Shown piece after piece: positions 50,750 to 64,000 of a stretch of 64,000 nt of DNA. Where the stretch lies: assembly GCA_028534125.1 (NCBI GenBank), contig CM052816.1:9674001-9738000 (forward strand), given 5' to 3'. This stretch comes from Lama glama (taxonomy: Eukaryota). A program made the position numbers and the translations under genes. Position 1 is the stretch's first letter, and every line of letters begins with the position of its first letter. The notes below the pieces were generated by a model that made no database searches, had not been told where the DNA came from, and was given only the letters and a program-made list of their open reading frames with translations.

Positions 50750-51290
50750 CTGAAACAGCCTACAGTCATCTACATGATGTGACCCTCCCTGCCATTTAAC
50801 TTCTATTACTATTCTCACCCCTATTCATTCCGCTTCATCCATGCTAGGGACGCCAGCTGCTTTGCTGTACCTCAGTCATGCCAAGCGACCCATCCCAGCC
50901 TAAGGGCTTGTACTCTAGCTCTTCCCTTTGCTTAGAATACTCTTCTAGCAGATAAACATTTGGCTAAATCTACCTCCATAAGGTCTTTGCTCAAATGTCA
51001 GTTCCTCATAAGGTTGTCCTGACTACTTTATTTTTTACTACATACCCATATGCCTATCCCAACACTCCCAATTCCCATTTAGCCAACCTATGTTTTTAAA
51101 AAACCAATCGTTAATTTCTAGTATCCTATAAAATTTACTTCTTTATTAGGTCTTTAGCTACCGTGTGTTTCTTCTACTAACAGGTTAGTTTTACGAAGAC
51201 AGGGATCATTGTTTAAATATAGATTAAACGCACCTTGAATAGGGTTAAATGCATAATAGTCTTTCAAAGTATTGTTAAATTAACGCATTT
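50750..51290 (+). mobile_element. L2-like remnant
   Basis: Degenerate L2 3' motifs (TCTTTGCTCAAATGTCA, GAAGACAGGGATC). Confidence 0.5.
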
Positions 51291-53037
51291 ATTTCAATTC
51301 ATGTGCAGGTTGGAGAAATTACTTATTCAAGACATAAACATTCTGAACATATGAAACAGGAAAAAAATTCATAACTTCTCCCCTTCAAGTCGCTTTCCCT
51401 TTACGCTATCACACATTCAATTTCTTCTAACAACCACGGAAAACTATGGTGTTTAGAACAGGTTGTTTGTCCCTAGGGTCACTAGAGTTCTCGTGGAGGT
51501 TTTTTCTGACATAGAGCCCTTCTTGTACACACCAGAACTGAAGTTGGTTTGCCATAAGTCAGAGTGAAGGATAAACAGAACGGAGGAGATCAAAGAGCTC
51601 AGCTTTACAACGTGAAACCATTTCTGGAAAGAAACAGAGGCACCTGCTGTTTGGATAAAATACATGGATCCTTTTCATGCGTTTCACAGACATATTCCCT
51701 ACAGAGAGAAGCCTGGATTTTATTTTATTTTTTGGCCAGCTTCTTGGAGAAGCCTTCAATGAAGCTGTCAATTTAGCTCCTTTATTCTTCTCTTGCTCCA
51801 CCCCCACAAATGCTCAAGAAAAATAAAGCACTGATTTAGAATTGATAGAAATTAAGATGTCAACAAAAGTTTCTCCCCTACTTTCTGGAAGACAAACTGG
51901 AACAAGGAATTTGTGTTCACTTTTTAAGGTGTGATCTTCCTAAGTACACAGAATCATTCCTGATGGACTGTGGGTTGACTTACTGCCTCATAAACCACAT
52001 GTCCTCTGCTCTGTCTTATCAGCAAAGCACAACTTTTGAAAGACTGGAAAGTGATAAGTCATCAAGGACCACCTCAGAAGAAGGTGAACATAGAGAGATA
52101 ATGCACCTCCAAGTGGAGGCACTAATTAAGTGCCTTTTGTGAGAAGGGTTGGCACAGTGTGATCCTGGAAGATGAAACACATTGACTCCATCAAAGCAAA
52201 TTCCACACCAGGAGGCAGCAGAGGAAAGGGAAAGCAAAGTCCCAGAGGGCAGAGATAAGGAGCATTTCATCCAAGAAAGAAGACAGTGGGCAGAACATTA
52301 AAAGGGGGAAGATCATACGAAGGACACACAGTGATCTGCCAGGGTGTTTCTGGGAGCCTTAGGATATATGCCCATTTTTGCATAGTGTCCTGATAGGGCA
52401 ACATAGCATTTAGAAGGTTTATGGTGTTCCTGAAGATATTTGGAGGGAGTACTAAAACTGCAAGGTACAATTACATATCTCGCACTATTTGAGCACTGAT
52501 ACCCTCTCACAGATGGCATTTATTAGTATACCACTCGAGTAGAACTAACAGGAGAGGAAAAAGATTTTTAAAAAGGAATATGGAATGAGAATCAGTGCAT
52601 ATTCAGAGGGCAAACCTCCCTTAGATTTTTTGGCACAAGAACCACTAGTAAAACAAAGAGGTTGAGATTCTTTAAGTTTATATTAGTCAAGTGCATTAGA
52701 GCACAGAAAAGTGTTTATTTTCTCTCACACAAATCCCTTTGTTAGGGAGAAGGGAGAAGTTGGCAGGCTTGAAGATGCTTTACAACTATATAAATACATA
52801 GATCTGTGAGCTTTCATCAGAAGAATGATTTCATAATGAGTTAATATTTCAGTTGATAAATATTCTATTTTACAACCAGCGTTCCAATAGAAAGTGGGAC
52901 ATATAAAATCAGAGATTACAGAATAAAATCAGTGGGTTTACTTATCTGCTGACAGAAAAACTATGCAACAAATTAGGAGTTCTAAAGCTGCTTCATTGAG
53001 TACCCTGCTAATTGTCAACAGGGTAATATTATGTCCT

Positions 53038-54343
53038 ATTTTTTAATTAAGGAATGATTAACATATTGTTTTAGTTCCAGATGTACAACACAACGATTCA
53101 ATATATGTAAATATTGCAAAATGATCACAATGAGTCTAGTTAACATCAGTCATCATACATAGTCACAAATTTTATTTTCTCATGATGAGAAAGTTTAAGA
53201 TCTACTCTTTGAGTAGCTTTCAAATATGCCATTTGGCATTATTAACTACAGTTACCATGCTATACCTTACATCCCATTTATTTATTTTTAACTCAAAGTT
53301 TGTATCTTTTGACCCCCTTCAACCATTTTCTCCCCCAACCCCTGCCTCTGGCAACCACCAATCTGTTCTGTTTATTTATGAGCTCAGTTTTGTGTTTTTG
53401 CCCCTGTTTTTAGATTCCACATTTAAGTGAGCTCATAAGGTATTTGTCATTCTGTGTCTGATTTATTTCGCTTAGCATAATACCATCATAGTCCATCCAC
53501 ATTGTATCATACCAGGGATTCCATTCTTTTTGAAGCTAAATAATATTCCACTTATATATATCACATCTTCTTTATCCATTCGTCAATAGATGGACATTTC
53601 AGTTGTTTCCAAATCTTGCATATTGTAAATAATGCTGCAATGCACAAAGCAGTGCAGGTATCTCTTCAAGATATTGATACCATTTCCTTTGGATATAGAT
53701 CCAGAAGTGGGATTACTGGATCATATGCTGGTTCCATTTTTACCTTTTTTAAGAACTTCTATACCGTTTTCCATGGTGGCTGTGCCTATTTACATTCCCA
53801 CCAACTGTGCACAGGGGTTCCCTTTTCTCTACATCCTCACCAATACTTGTTATTTTTTGCCTTGTTATTGATAGCCATTCTAATAAGTCTGAGGTAATAT
53901 CTCATTGCGGTTTTGATTTGCATTTCCCTGATGATTACTGATGTTGAATACCTTTGTAGGTACCCACTGGCCATTTTCATGTCTTCTTCGGAAAAATGCC
54001 TATTCAGATCCTCTTCCCATGTTTTAATTGGATTTTTTTTTTGTTACTGAGTTGTATGAGTCCTTGTATTTATAAATATTAGATATTAACTGCTTATCAG
54101 ATACATAATTTGCAAATATTCTCTCCCATTCCATAGGCTGCCTTTGCATTTGTTGATGGTTTCCTTTGCTTGCAGAAACTGTTTAGTTTGATGTAATTCC
54201 AATTACTTATTTTTGCTTTTGTTGCCTTTGCTCTTGAGGTCAAATCCAAAAAATCACCACCAAGACTTACTGCCTATATTTACTTCTAGGAGTTTTATGG
54301 TTTCAGGTCTTATGTGCAAATCTTTAATCCATTTAGAGTTAAT
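53038..54343 (-). mobile_element. 5'-truncated LINE-1 3' portion
   Basis: L1 3' motifs in reverse (CCAGAAGTGGGATTACTGGATCATATG, GGTTTTGATTTGCATTTCCCTGATG). Confidence 0.9.
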
Positions 54344-55449
54344 TGAATTATATCCTGTGTTTTTATTTGTCCACTTCCAAACCCATACCATACTTTCTAT
54401 CTAAAATTGTTTTAATAATTCGAAACTCCTATTGAGGTAGCTTGAACTATGATTAATTTTAAATCAGTATATGCCCCATTAGTTTTCTCAACTAAAGTTA
54501 CAGCATCTGATTCTTTCTTCTGCAAATACTTTAAATTTTATACAACAGGAATGTTTAAAACTCTGCATTATCTTACAGTTCCTGATATGAGTGAGTGATT
54601 GGGGAAATTTTGAATTATTTTACCATGTGTGATAAAAATAACCATGTTTTATAAAACATATCATGGTCCAAATAATGATCATTTTCTGCATAATTGATTT
54701 TTTTCTCTATACACTTTTGACTCTTTTAAACAAGTACATCCAAAAGAATCTTTGTGTCAGTATAATATTCTATTTGCAGGAGTTAAAAACAAACAAACAA
54801 ACAAAAACAAACATTCTTGATACTGAATTTAGAGGGGATCCACTTGGGGAAACAAAAACCTGTAAATTGTTTTGTAACACTTAGAAAAATAAAAGAGTGT
54901 TTGACCCCTAGGACAAATCAATCCAGATGTATATTGCCTCTTCCAGTTAAAAACTAATTAAAAAATATTGACTACTTGGCTACACCAGTCATCAAAAAAT
55001 ACGGATTAGAGTTTCATTTCTGTGTAAGGGTGCTATCTAAGATCAGTTTGGTGGCAGGATTAGAAACAAAGGGGAAGACAGATCTTACAATTTTATTAAT
55101 TTCCCTTAGATTCTGTATGAGTCAGCTCATACACATCACCACAGGGGTGGGTCCTATAAATTATCTGAAGAAAGTATAAAAAACTTGACCTTGGTTTATA
55201 AACGGGTGGGTTGGTATGTCAGCGCAAGCTGGAAGTAAGAGACAGCTGCGTTATAGCCACACAATGGACAGAGTCTACCATCAACCTTGTGTAGAAGCCT
55301 GTGGTGAGGGGAAAATAGATAAATAAATTATATATATATGTATATATATATTATATATATATAAATTTTATATATATATATAGGAAAAGAAAGGAAAGGC
55401 TGTAGTAGAGACATGTGGATGGACATATTGGCACATACATGAGTAAGAA

Positions 55450-57235
55450 GATCTTTATATCACATATTAACACTATAAACAGAAAGCATCTATCATGAAA
55501 AGGGCACTGAATAACCACGATGGCAGAATGACTTATACATTTGATGTTTGCTTTGCCTTCAGACACAGCAGTACAAATACAATGGGATCATGAATAAAGT
55601 GGCTACTGTAGCAGAGATGGAGGCTACGCATGGGGCCAGCACATGAACCTCATTTATCTAGGACTATCTAGTGATTCCTATCTCTGAACATTCAGTTGGC
55701 CAGCAACAAAGATCAATAATGTGTCCTGAATAGGTATATTCAGGTCCAGTTATCAACCAATTATCAACGTGGTGACAACCTGACCACATTAAGTTCCTTC
55801 CATTCTCCCACTCTTGGGAGGCTAATAGTTCATTCTCATAGGAACACACACTTATTTCAGGTTTGCGTTTGTAATTCCAGCTTGCAAAGTCTCAACCAAC
55901 ACACTATCAAGGAGCTTACAGGGTACCAGATTCAGAAGCATGGGATCCTACATAACATGTCATCCACCCACATTCACAGCAAATATGTCACAGGAATGGG
56001 CTCATGACTATGGGATACAATTGTTGTAACACATAGAACACCAACCAGAAGCTACTGGCCTTCTAGAGTATCGGAATGACCTGTTGAAGGCATAGCCTAA
56101 GCACCAGATCAGAGACAATTCTCTGCAAGGATCAGGTATGGATCCTTCAGAATACAGTATATACTGAATTAGAGACAACTATATATTATTGCATCCCCAA
56201 TAAGATCACATCAATCTTCCGATAGGAGTGGTCCCACAAATCATCTCTCCTAATATGCCACTGGGAACTTTGTACTTCCTGTCTGTGTAACTTCGGGCAC
56301 TGTGCTGGCTAGAGGTACTGGTCTCCAAATAAAGCACGTTCTTGCAGGAGTCCCATTGAAAAACAAACTAAAACTACCACTTGAAACAACAGACTTCCAG
56401 GGATAGTAATTGATAAGAAGAGTCATTTATCTTGGTAGGAGTGATTGATCCTAATCAACAGGAAGAGATGTACATTTACAAGAAGAAATATGTGTATAAC
56501 AATTAATTCATATGGATGTCACTTGCTACTACCTTTCCCAATTGTGACTATAAATGGTACATGCAGTAAACCCAGCCTGGAAAAGTTATGGTTACCAGGG
56601 GCTCAAATATCTCAGGAATGATGGCTTGACTTAACACCAGCAAATAAGCCACTGAGACCAGCATAGCTGAGATAAGTGGAATTGATATGGACTGTACAAA
56701 AGAGTGATACTGATTACCAGTTGTGGTTCCAAGACTAACTGCAGTAACAGTGACCAGAGTTTATCTTACTAACTTCCCTCTTCTCAGTTTACCCTCAGGA
56801 AAACAGGCCCACTGGACACTGGAGCAGTTGCTCCCCAAACATATGAAGACGTAGACAGAGTAGCAGAAACAGGGAATCATGGCAGCCCAAGTGGTACATC
56901 ATTTGGATCTCCCTTCAAGGGAGATCAGCTATGAGCAGTGCACATATTGGTGGTCACCAGATTCAATGACTTCCAGATCTGCCACATAGCTTAAGTTGAA
57001 ACAGTGCTCTTCCATGGGTCACTGAGGCTTTCTCAGAGATTCACTAAAGTCTGAGGGTCTCTTTATTTCTGCCTTTGCTGTCTCCTTTCACAAATGTCAG
57101 ATGTGCATCATAGAATAATTGCTTTCCCGAACTACTTATACTCCTTCTCCACTTACATTTTAAGGCTGTCTATCAATTAATCTCTTGGCACTTTTAATCT
57201 CTGTCTTGATGCCTGCTTCTGTAAGTACTCAACCG
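55450..57235 (+). mobile_element. Decayed ERVL-class provirus 3' part (integrase remnant) with probable 3' LTR from about 56878
   Basis: 55580-55800 reads as degenerate ERVL integrase (W-HE-SG--RDGGYAW, CQQQR, TW-Q-D-I-LP); a purine-rich tract precedes an LTR-like segment. Confidence 0.7.
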
Positions 57236-58075
57236 ATGTATAAACTTATCAAGTTAGTGTATGTAAGGTCAATATATAGAGAAAATTCAGTTTATCTCTA
57301 TAGATAAAACTAATATATAAATATAAAAATCTAATATGAAACCATATTCAACAACACAATAAACAAAAATATTTAGGAATAAGTTCCTCAAAATATAGGA
57401 AATACTTCCCTAGCAAAAACCATAAAATGGTTTTAAACAAAACTAAAGGAAACCTAAACAAGGTGAGGGATATTCCAGATTCATCACTGGAAGACAATAT
57501 TGTGAAGATATCAATTCTCTACAAATGGATATACAGACTGTATTCAATCCCAATCAAAAATCTCAGTAATTTCTTTTCTTGAGTGTTTATAATGGATTCT
57601 AAAATTTATACAGAAATTTAAAGGACTTAAGTATAAAGTGAGAACTTTAAATAGTGTATTTTTATTCCCCCTACCCTCGCCATTCTTTGTACTCACATCA
57701 TAAATTTTACTTGTAGATGTTATAAGAACTACAATACAGTATTAATTTTGATTTTAACAATTCTAAAACCAATGTATAAATACTGGGATTTAACAAATAA
57801 GGAAATGAATAACAGCTGATGGGAGCCAGGTTTCTGGCTTATGTCTCTTCCCAGATAAACTGGAAAGTTGCGTATATTGCAAGGAGAGAAAGTTAGAAAA
57901 ATCCACCATCCTATGGTAGTGGATAAGAGACTGAGATATCAACAGACATTCAAGTTTATATATATATTAACAGAGAGACAGAAAGATAGTGTTCTAGCCT
58001 CACAAAAACTTAAAACCCTATGTAATGGGGAAAACTCCAGACAAATCCAAACTGAGGAGATGAAAAATTAGACAG

Positions 58076-59615
58076 CCATCTCAATAGACACAGAAAAAGC
58101 ATATGACAAAATTCAACATCCGTTCATGATTAAAACTCACAACAAACTGAGTACTGAAGTACTTTATTACTTATGTCAACATAACAAAGGCCATATATGA
58201 CAAGCCCACAGCTAACATCATACTCAATATTGAAAGCCGTAAGTTTTTTTCTCTAAGGTTCACAAGTAGACAAAGTTGCCCATTTTCACTACTTGAACTC
58301 AATATAGTACTGGAAGTTCTAGGCAGAGCAATTAGGCAAGAAAAAGAAATAAAAATCATCCAAATTAGAAAGAAGTAAAACTATTTCTATTTGCAGATGG
58401 CATGTTTTTGTATATAGAAAGACTTAACGACTCCACCAAAACTGTTAGATCTAATAAATGAATTCAGTAAAGTTACAGGATACACTATGAATATGCAAAA
58501 ATCAGTTGCATTTCTATATACTAACAACAAACTATCAGAAAGAGAAATTAAGAAAACAATCCCATTTACAATTACATCAAAAGTAATATCTAGGAATAAA
58601 TTTACCCAAGGAGGTGAAACATTTCTACATTAAAAACAATAAGACATTGGGGAAGGTTACAGCTCAGTGGTAGAGTGCATGCTTAGCATGCACAAGGTCC
58701 TGAGTTCAATCCCCAGTACCTCCATTAAATAAACAAACAAATAAACAAATTGCCTCCCCCACCAAAAAACAAACAAAAGTCAGTAAGACATTGATGAAAA
58801 AGTTGAAGACACAAAGAAATGGAAAGATATTTTGTGTTTATGGACTGGAAAGATTAATATTGTTAAAATGTCCATACTCCCAAAGCAATAAATATTCCAC
58901 ATATTCAATCCAATTCCTATCAAAATTCCAATGGCATCTTTCACAGAAATAGAACAAATATCCTAAAATTAATATGCTACCACAAAAAAACCCCAAATAG
59001 CCAAAGCAATCTTGAGGAAGAACAAAACTGGAAGCATCACACTTTTGGATTTCAAAATGTATTGCAAAGCTATAGTAATCAAAACAGTATGATACGGGAA
59101 TAAAACAGACACATAGACTAATGAAAAAGAATAGAGAGGCCAGAAATAAACCCATGCATATATGGTCAATTAATTTAGACAAAGGAGCTAAGAATATACA
59201 ATGAGGAACAAACAGTCTCCCTTTAAAAAATAGGGTTAGGAAAAGTGGACAGCTTTATATAAAAGAATGGAATTGAACACCTATCTTATACTTTACCCAA
59301 GAATGAACTCAAAATGGATTAACATAAAAGATCTGAAGCCATAAAAATTCTAGAAGAAAACACAGATTTAAGATCCTTGATGTTGGTCTTACAGTCATTT
59401 TTGGATCTGACCTCAAAAGCAAAGGCAACAAAAGCAGAAATAAGTGGGACTACATCAAACTACAAAGTTTCTGCACAGCAAAGGAAACCATCAAAAAATA
59501 AAAAGGCAGCCTATGGAATGGGAGAAAATATTTGCAAATCATATATCTGATAAGGGGTTAATATCCACTATATGTATAGGGACTCCTACAACTCAGTAGC
59601 AAAAAAAAAAAAAAA
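58076..59615 (+). mobile_element. LINE-1 ORF2 fragment ending in an A15 run
   Basis: ATCTCAATAGACACAGAAAAAGCATATGACAAAATTCAACATCC ([15 protein letters not shown]) and LFADG motifs. Confidence 0.92.
58649..58778 (+). mobile_element. tRNA-derived SINE (Vic-1-like) inserted in L1
   Basis: AGCTCAGTGGTAGAGTGC...GAGTTCAATCCCCAG; TSD TAAGACATTG at 58640-58649 and 58784-58793. Confidence 0.9.
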
Positions 59616-60399
59616 GAATTTACTCCTGATACTGTATGACGCAGTTTGTAACCAACAGATCAAATCATCAGGGTTTAACTGAGCTGAGAAAGATCATTCA
59701 GTATAGTTATTCTGGTTTACAAACTAAGAAAATAAAGTCTTGAAATGCAAGATGAGTCAGGCAAATTGCTTCATTACAGAAATTGAAAGAGTAGCCTCAT
59801 CTCTACCCTCTAAATGCAGTAGTCTTTTCAACTTAAAAAAGGCTAATAATCTAAGTAATGAGGAAGACAGAAACATCCTGGGATGAAAAAGGTCATTAGA
59901 GTCAGGAATTATAAAAAAAATTACAAATTCAGGGATCACAAAGTCGACAAAAAATCCATTCCAGTGATTAATTTCACTATTTCGACATCTTCTGGTAACT
60001 CAAAGGATTAACAACACATGGTCCAGTAAAACTGTTCACCAGAGAAATTGAAAAATAACAAAAAAGGAGAAAGAGTAAATTTGTTCATTAATGATAGAGA
60101 TGCCATTTCATGTCCACTGACTGCTAATTAGAATGAGGCAATAAAATAGAAATACTTGAGGACAGCCAACTCTATCACCAATACTCGGCCATCCCCTAGT
60201 GGACAAATGACGGGAGATCCAAGAATTGTCTTTAAAGAGTCCCACCTTCAGCAGATTAACTTCCGCCCCCCCATCTCCGATTCTGCATCCTTATCTGACA
60301 CATTTGGAAGGCCTATTATTCTTGACCTCATTAATCCCTCAAGAACTGCAAGGAATCAACGCAGAAATGCTGGGAATAGAGACTTTAACTGACATTTTC

Positions 60400-61875
60400 C
60401 CAGTAACAGCGAGGCATAGCCCGGATAGAGGATTCGGCGCACAGTATTTCATCAAAATGACAGCGTAGAAACTTCTGCTTCCCTCCACCCATCCAACACC
60501 TCCAGCCAAGAAACATCAATTTGAATAACGAACTGCGCACGAACAATACCTTCACAGGAGTTTAGCATTCCAGGTGAGGGATTGCCAACAGCTGGGTGAA
60601 GCACAGTGAGAAGAAACGACGCACGCTGAGCAGTGTAGGAAAGTTAGATTCATACTAGAGCCATTACTCCTCTCCCAATATAGGCAGTCCACGGGAGAAG
60701 CCGAGTAAAGTTTGTACCCGACTTCACTGCGGACTCCAGGGCTGGCCCGCCCCAGCACCTGGCCGACTCCTGCAGCCCTAGGTGTCCCCCTGCTCCACTC
60801 CTCACCCCAGCGCCGGTCTACTCCAGGACCGCAGGCAGCTCCACCACCCCGAAGGAGCATCCTGGGGACCCACTTCCCAGTGGGATTCCGTTAATCAAGA
60901 AACCGGCTCACCCAATGTCTCCCTACTCCAGGCCCCCACCCTTGGCCCTTTATCCTCTTACCTGCCCCCCTTCAGGGGTCCCCGAAGTCCTCCCCGGCGT
61001 CAAGCTCCCAGCGGGTTCCCACAAATCAAGAAACCGGCTCACCTAGCGTCTCCCTACTCCAGCGCCCCCCCCCCCCCGCTTGGCCCTTTACCCTCTTACC
61101 TGCCTTCTCCACGGGCCCCTCGGCGCCAAGCTCCCAGCGGGCTGTGCTGAATACATAAACAGGCTCACCTGGACGCCAGCCTCCTCCAACCGCCCCGGGC
61201 CCCGCCCACGGCTGCAGGCGGCGTTTGCGGCTGCGCCTCCCAAAGGCTCCAGGGAACGCGGCCCGGTTGCTCCAGGCGCCTGGCAGCTCTAGCGCCCGGA
61301 GCTGGTCAGCGCCCATGAACCCAAGACCCGCGACTCCTCCTGGTGACCACTGGCTCCCGAGGCCGCAGAGTGGCGTCCAGGCCTCTGGTAAGCTCCCCCT
61401 GGTTCAGGTCCCTGGTTCACCCCGCCTCCCGCCATCTCCAATGGCCCCAGGCAGCTCCCGCGGCCAGGCCGCTTCATCGGCTCACAGAGGACCGGTGTGA
61501 ACTGAGGCTCCTGGCCCGCTCTGGCGCCAGCGGCCACCAGTGCCCTCCGGGGCTCCCTGTAACTTCTGTGACTTCAGGCTCCTAGTGAGCTCCCGTGAAC
61601 TCAGGCCCGAAGCCACAGGCAGCTTCAGTGACCCTTAGGCTTCGGGCCCACCCTGTGCATGTCCCATGGCACCAGACCGCTACAGGATTTCTGTGAACCA
61701 CTGCCTGCCTCACCTCAGCACTATCTAGCTCCCGTGACACCGGGCAGCTCCCTGTGGGTTCCAGCAAACCCAAGCTGCTGGCACATCCAAGCGAGTCCCC
61801 GTGGTTCTGGGGGACCTCTATGAATTCAGGCTCCCAAACACCACCAGAGAACCCAGGTTCTGGGGGGACCGTGTG
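60400..61875. promoter_or_regulatory. CpG-island-like GC-rich region, partly resembling an old L1 5'UTR
   Basis: Dense retained CpGs in an otherwise CpG-poor window; CCCGCCC boxes at about 60746 and 61201. Confidence 0.6.
60893..61175. repeat. About 131-bp tandem repeat (two copies plus a degenerate third start)
   Basis: AATCAAGAAACCGGCTCACC...CTTGGCCCTTTA...CAAGCTCCCAGCGGG starting at 60893 and 61024; AGGCTCACC again at 61161. Confidence 0.88.
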
Positions 61876-61879
61876 AACA

Positions 61880-62755
61880 CAAAATGAAAATCCACAATAT
61901 GAAAATGCAGCCTATGTAATGGGAGAAAATATTTGCAAACCATATATTTGATGAGGGATTAATATCCAAATATATATAAGAATCCATACAACTCAATAAC
62001 AAGAACAAAAACCCAAACAACCTGATTAACTGAATAGGCATCTTTCCAAAGACATACAAATGACCAACATGTACATGAAAAGGTGCTCAACGTAAGTAAT
62101 CGTCAGAGAAATATAAATCAACACTACAATGAGATATCACAATATCCAGTATTTGGAAACAACCTAAGTGTTCATCAGTGGATGAATGGCTAGAGAAGAT
62201 GTAGTTTATCTATCTACAAATATTATTCAGCTATAAAAAAGGAAATCCTGTTCTTTGCTATTTAATACAGTGTGGATGAACCTTGAGGGCATTATGCTAA
62301 GTGAAATAAGTCAGACACAGAAAAATAAATACTGTTTGACATCAATCATGTGTAGATTCTAAAAAAAGTTGGACTCACAGAAACAAGAGAGTAGAATGGT
62401 GGTTACCAGGGGCTGGGAGGGTTAGCAAATAAAGAAATGTCAGTCAAAGGATACACACTTCGAGTTACAAGATGAATCAGTTCTGAAGATCTAATGTATA
62501 GCATGGTGACTGTAGTTAACAATACTGTATTATATACTTGAAAGTTGTTAAGAGACTAGATCTTAAATGTTCTTAGCACAAAAATGAGATGGTAATTATA
62601 TGAAGTGATGAAGGTGTTGTCTAACCCTATTGTGATAGTCAGTTTTACAATATATAAATGTATCAAGTCATCAAACTGTACACCTTAAACTTACAAAATG
62701 TCATATGTCAACTGTATTTCAATAAACTTGGTAAAGAAAAGATAAAATGAAAAAG
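61880..62755 (+). mobile_element. LINE-1 3' end
   Basis: AATGGGAGAAAATATTTGCAAACCATAT through 3'UTR to TCAATAAA and A-rich tail. Confidence 0.9.
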
Positions 62756-62759
62756 AAAT

Positions 62760-63370
62760 GCACATATTTCTTGAACAACATGCAATACCAAAGGTCACTC
62801 ACAAGAAATACACAAACTGAAGAGTCCTATACCTATTAAATAAATTAAAATTTCAGGTAAGGAACTTCTAAGGAAAATACTTAGAGTTACCTAGAAAATG
62901 TTATTAGAAAAATGTTCCTAACTGATAATAAAGAAATACTATCAATTCAAAACAAAATCCTGCAGAATACTGAAGTGGAAGAAACGCTTTCCACGTCTTT
63001 CTCTGAAGTCAGTTAAACTGACATCTAACCATACAGACATTATAAGAAAAGAAAACTGCATACCAATATTCTTCATGATCATTGATTACAGAAATTCAAA
63101 CAAAATAAAAAAAAATGAAACTGACAATATATAAAACAACACGGCGAAATTTATTACCAAATGCAAATTGTATTTAACATTTTAAAATCAATCAAAGTAA
63201 TTTGACATAGTAACAAACATCAAACAAAAAAACAGTATGATCATCTCAGAAAATAAAGAAACTTGACAAAATCCAAAATCTATTCTTGATTTAAAAAAAA
63301 AACCAGCAAACTAGAAATAAAAGAGAATTTTCTCAACCTGATAAACAGCATCTACAAAAAAATCTACAGC
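62760..63370 (+). mobile_element. Old L1 ORF2 remnant
   Basis: A-rich with degenerate ORF2 motifs (ATGATCATCTCAG...TTGACAAAATCCAA, CAACCTGATAAA...ATCTAC). Confidence 0.65.
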
Positions 63371-63673
63371 TTTATATTTAATAATAATAATAATAGAAAT
63401 AGTAATAGAATAGTAATAAAAATAGAGTATTTTTATTCTTCCTGAAGTGTTCATGGAGACTGAACCAAAGGGAGGGACTCTTCTAACTGGGAGTGTAGAG
63501 ATGGTTAAATTAGCAGAGATACTCCTTTGAGGTAAGGCTCCTTCATGAAAGTAGCCTCGACGCCTCTCCTTCACTGTCCACTGATCAACCAACACAAGGA
63601 TTTGTGTCTTTTCAAACTACTCTCTACTCATTTCCTTTCCCAGAGCCTCATTGCCAGTTCACTAGAAGACATA

Positions 63674-63737
63674 ATGGCTTTCTTTCAAATGATAAGATCT
63701 GTTTCTTTCTTCATTTTGTCATTTTCCGTTTTTCCTG
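63674..63737 (+). CDS. Signal-peptide exon (F) of a further SPINK-like gene continuing beyond the window (MAFFQMIRSVSFFILSFSVFP)
   Basis: ATAATGG start, hydrophobic 21 aa, phase-1 donor CTG|gtgagtaattttt resembling modules A and D; possible upstream acceptor ttcctttcccag at about 63643. Confidence 0.62.
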
Positions 63738-64000
63738 GTGAGTAATTTTTCTTAGTCAGTGGAAAACTTTGAATCATTCAGCAGTTGTCAAATATTGGGC
63801 CAACTATGAATAGGGACCTTACTGATGATCCTGATGATAATTTTTCTTGCTGCTGCTCATGCTCATCAATGGATGATGCAGGGAGCGCTTTTAAAGCATA
63901 TTGGGCTTATATATAAGGAATTTGATTACAGGTTCTACTCCTTGAATATACTGAATGCCTTCGTGTAAGTTCATGCTCTTACTATATTTCTATGTTCTCA

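Noticed and set aside
51590..51690. Minus-strand acceptor (ctctctgtag) followed by Cys-containing frames with an NG-x-T-like motif
   Set aside because: No Kazal Cys spacing in any frame and stops intervene; too weak to call a pseudo-exon.
58649..58725. tRNA-like sequences (also 13407 and 42933)
   Set aside because: A-rich tails, TSDs and three diverged copies mark them as SINEs, not tRNA genes.
60552..61773. Overlapping Pro/Ala/Gly/Arg-rich ORFs
   Set aside because: Expected from high GC and tandem repeats; no recognisable domain.
1..64000. CRISPR arrays, rRNA or prokaryotic systems
   Set aside because: Sequence is mammalian (L1, SINE, spliceosomal introns); no repeat-spacer array or rRNA-like sequence seen.

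Overview
Mammalian genomic DNA, probably camelid (three copies of a short tRNA-derived Vic-1-like SINE; inference), covering part of the Kazal-type serine protease inhibitor (SPINK) cluster. The real genes are small multi-exon genes that the ORF track misses. On the minus strand are two intact 4-coding-exon genes: SPINK7 (6143-9193, 85 aa) and SPINK13 (18962-23441, 94 aa). Head-to-head with SPINK13, the plus strand carries a tandem array of diverged copies of one module (upstream block + signal-peptide exon + 38-nt exon 2), labelled A-E here, and a further signal-peptide exon (F) at the right edge. Only module B continues into Kazal exons 3-4; it encodes a sperm acrosin-inhibitor-like protein with P1 Arg, and its start lies in an assembly gap. 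Module A has intact exons 1-2 in the right phase to splice onto B's Kazal exons, a possible variable-5'/constant-3' arrangement. The rest is L1 fragments, solo LTRs, an ERVL remnant, SINEs, simple repeats, two N-gaps, and a CpG-rich island at about 60.4-61.9 kb with five stacked minus-strand splice donors. Gene and repeat family names come from recalled sequences and need BLAST/RepeatMasker confirmation.
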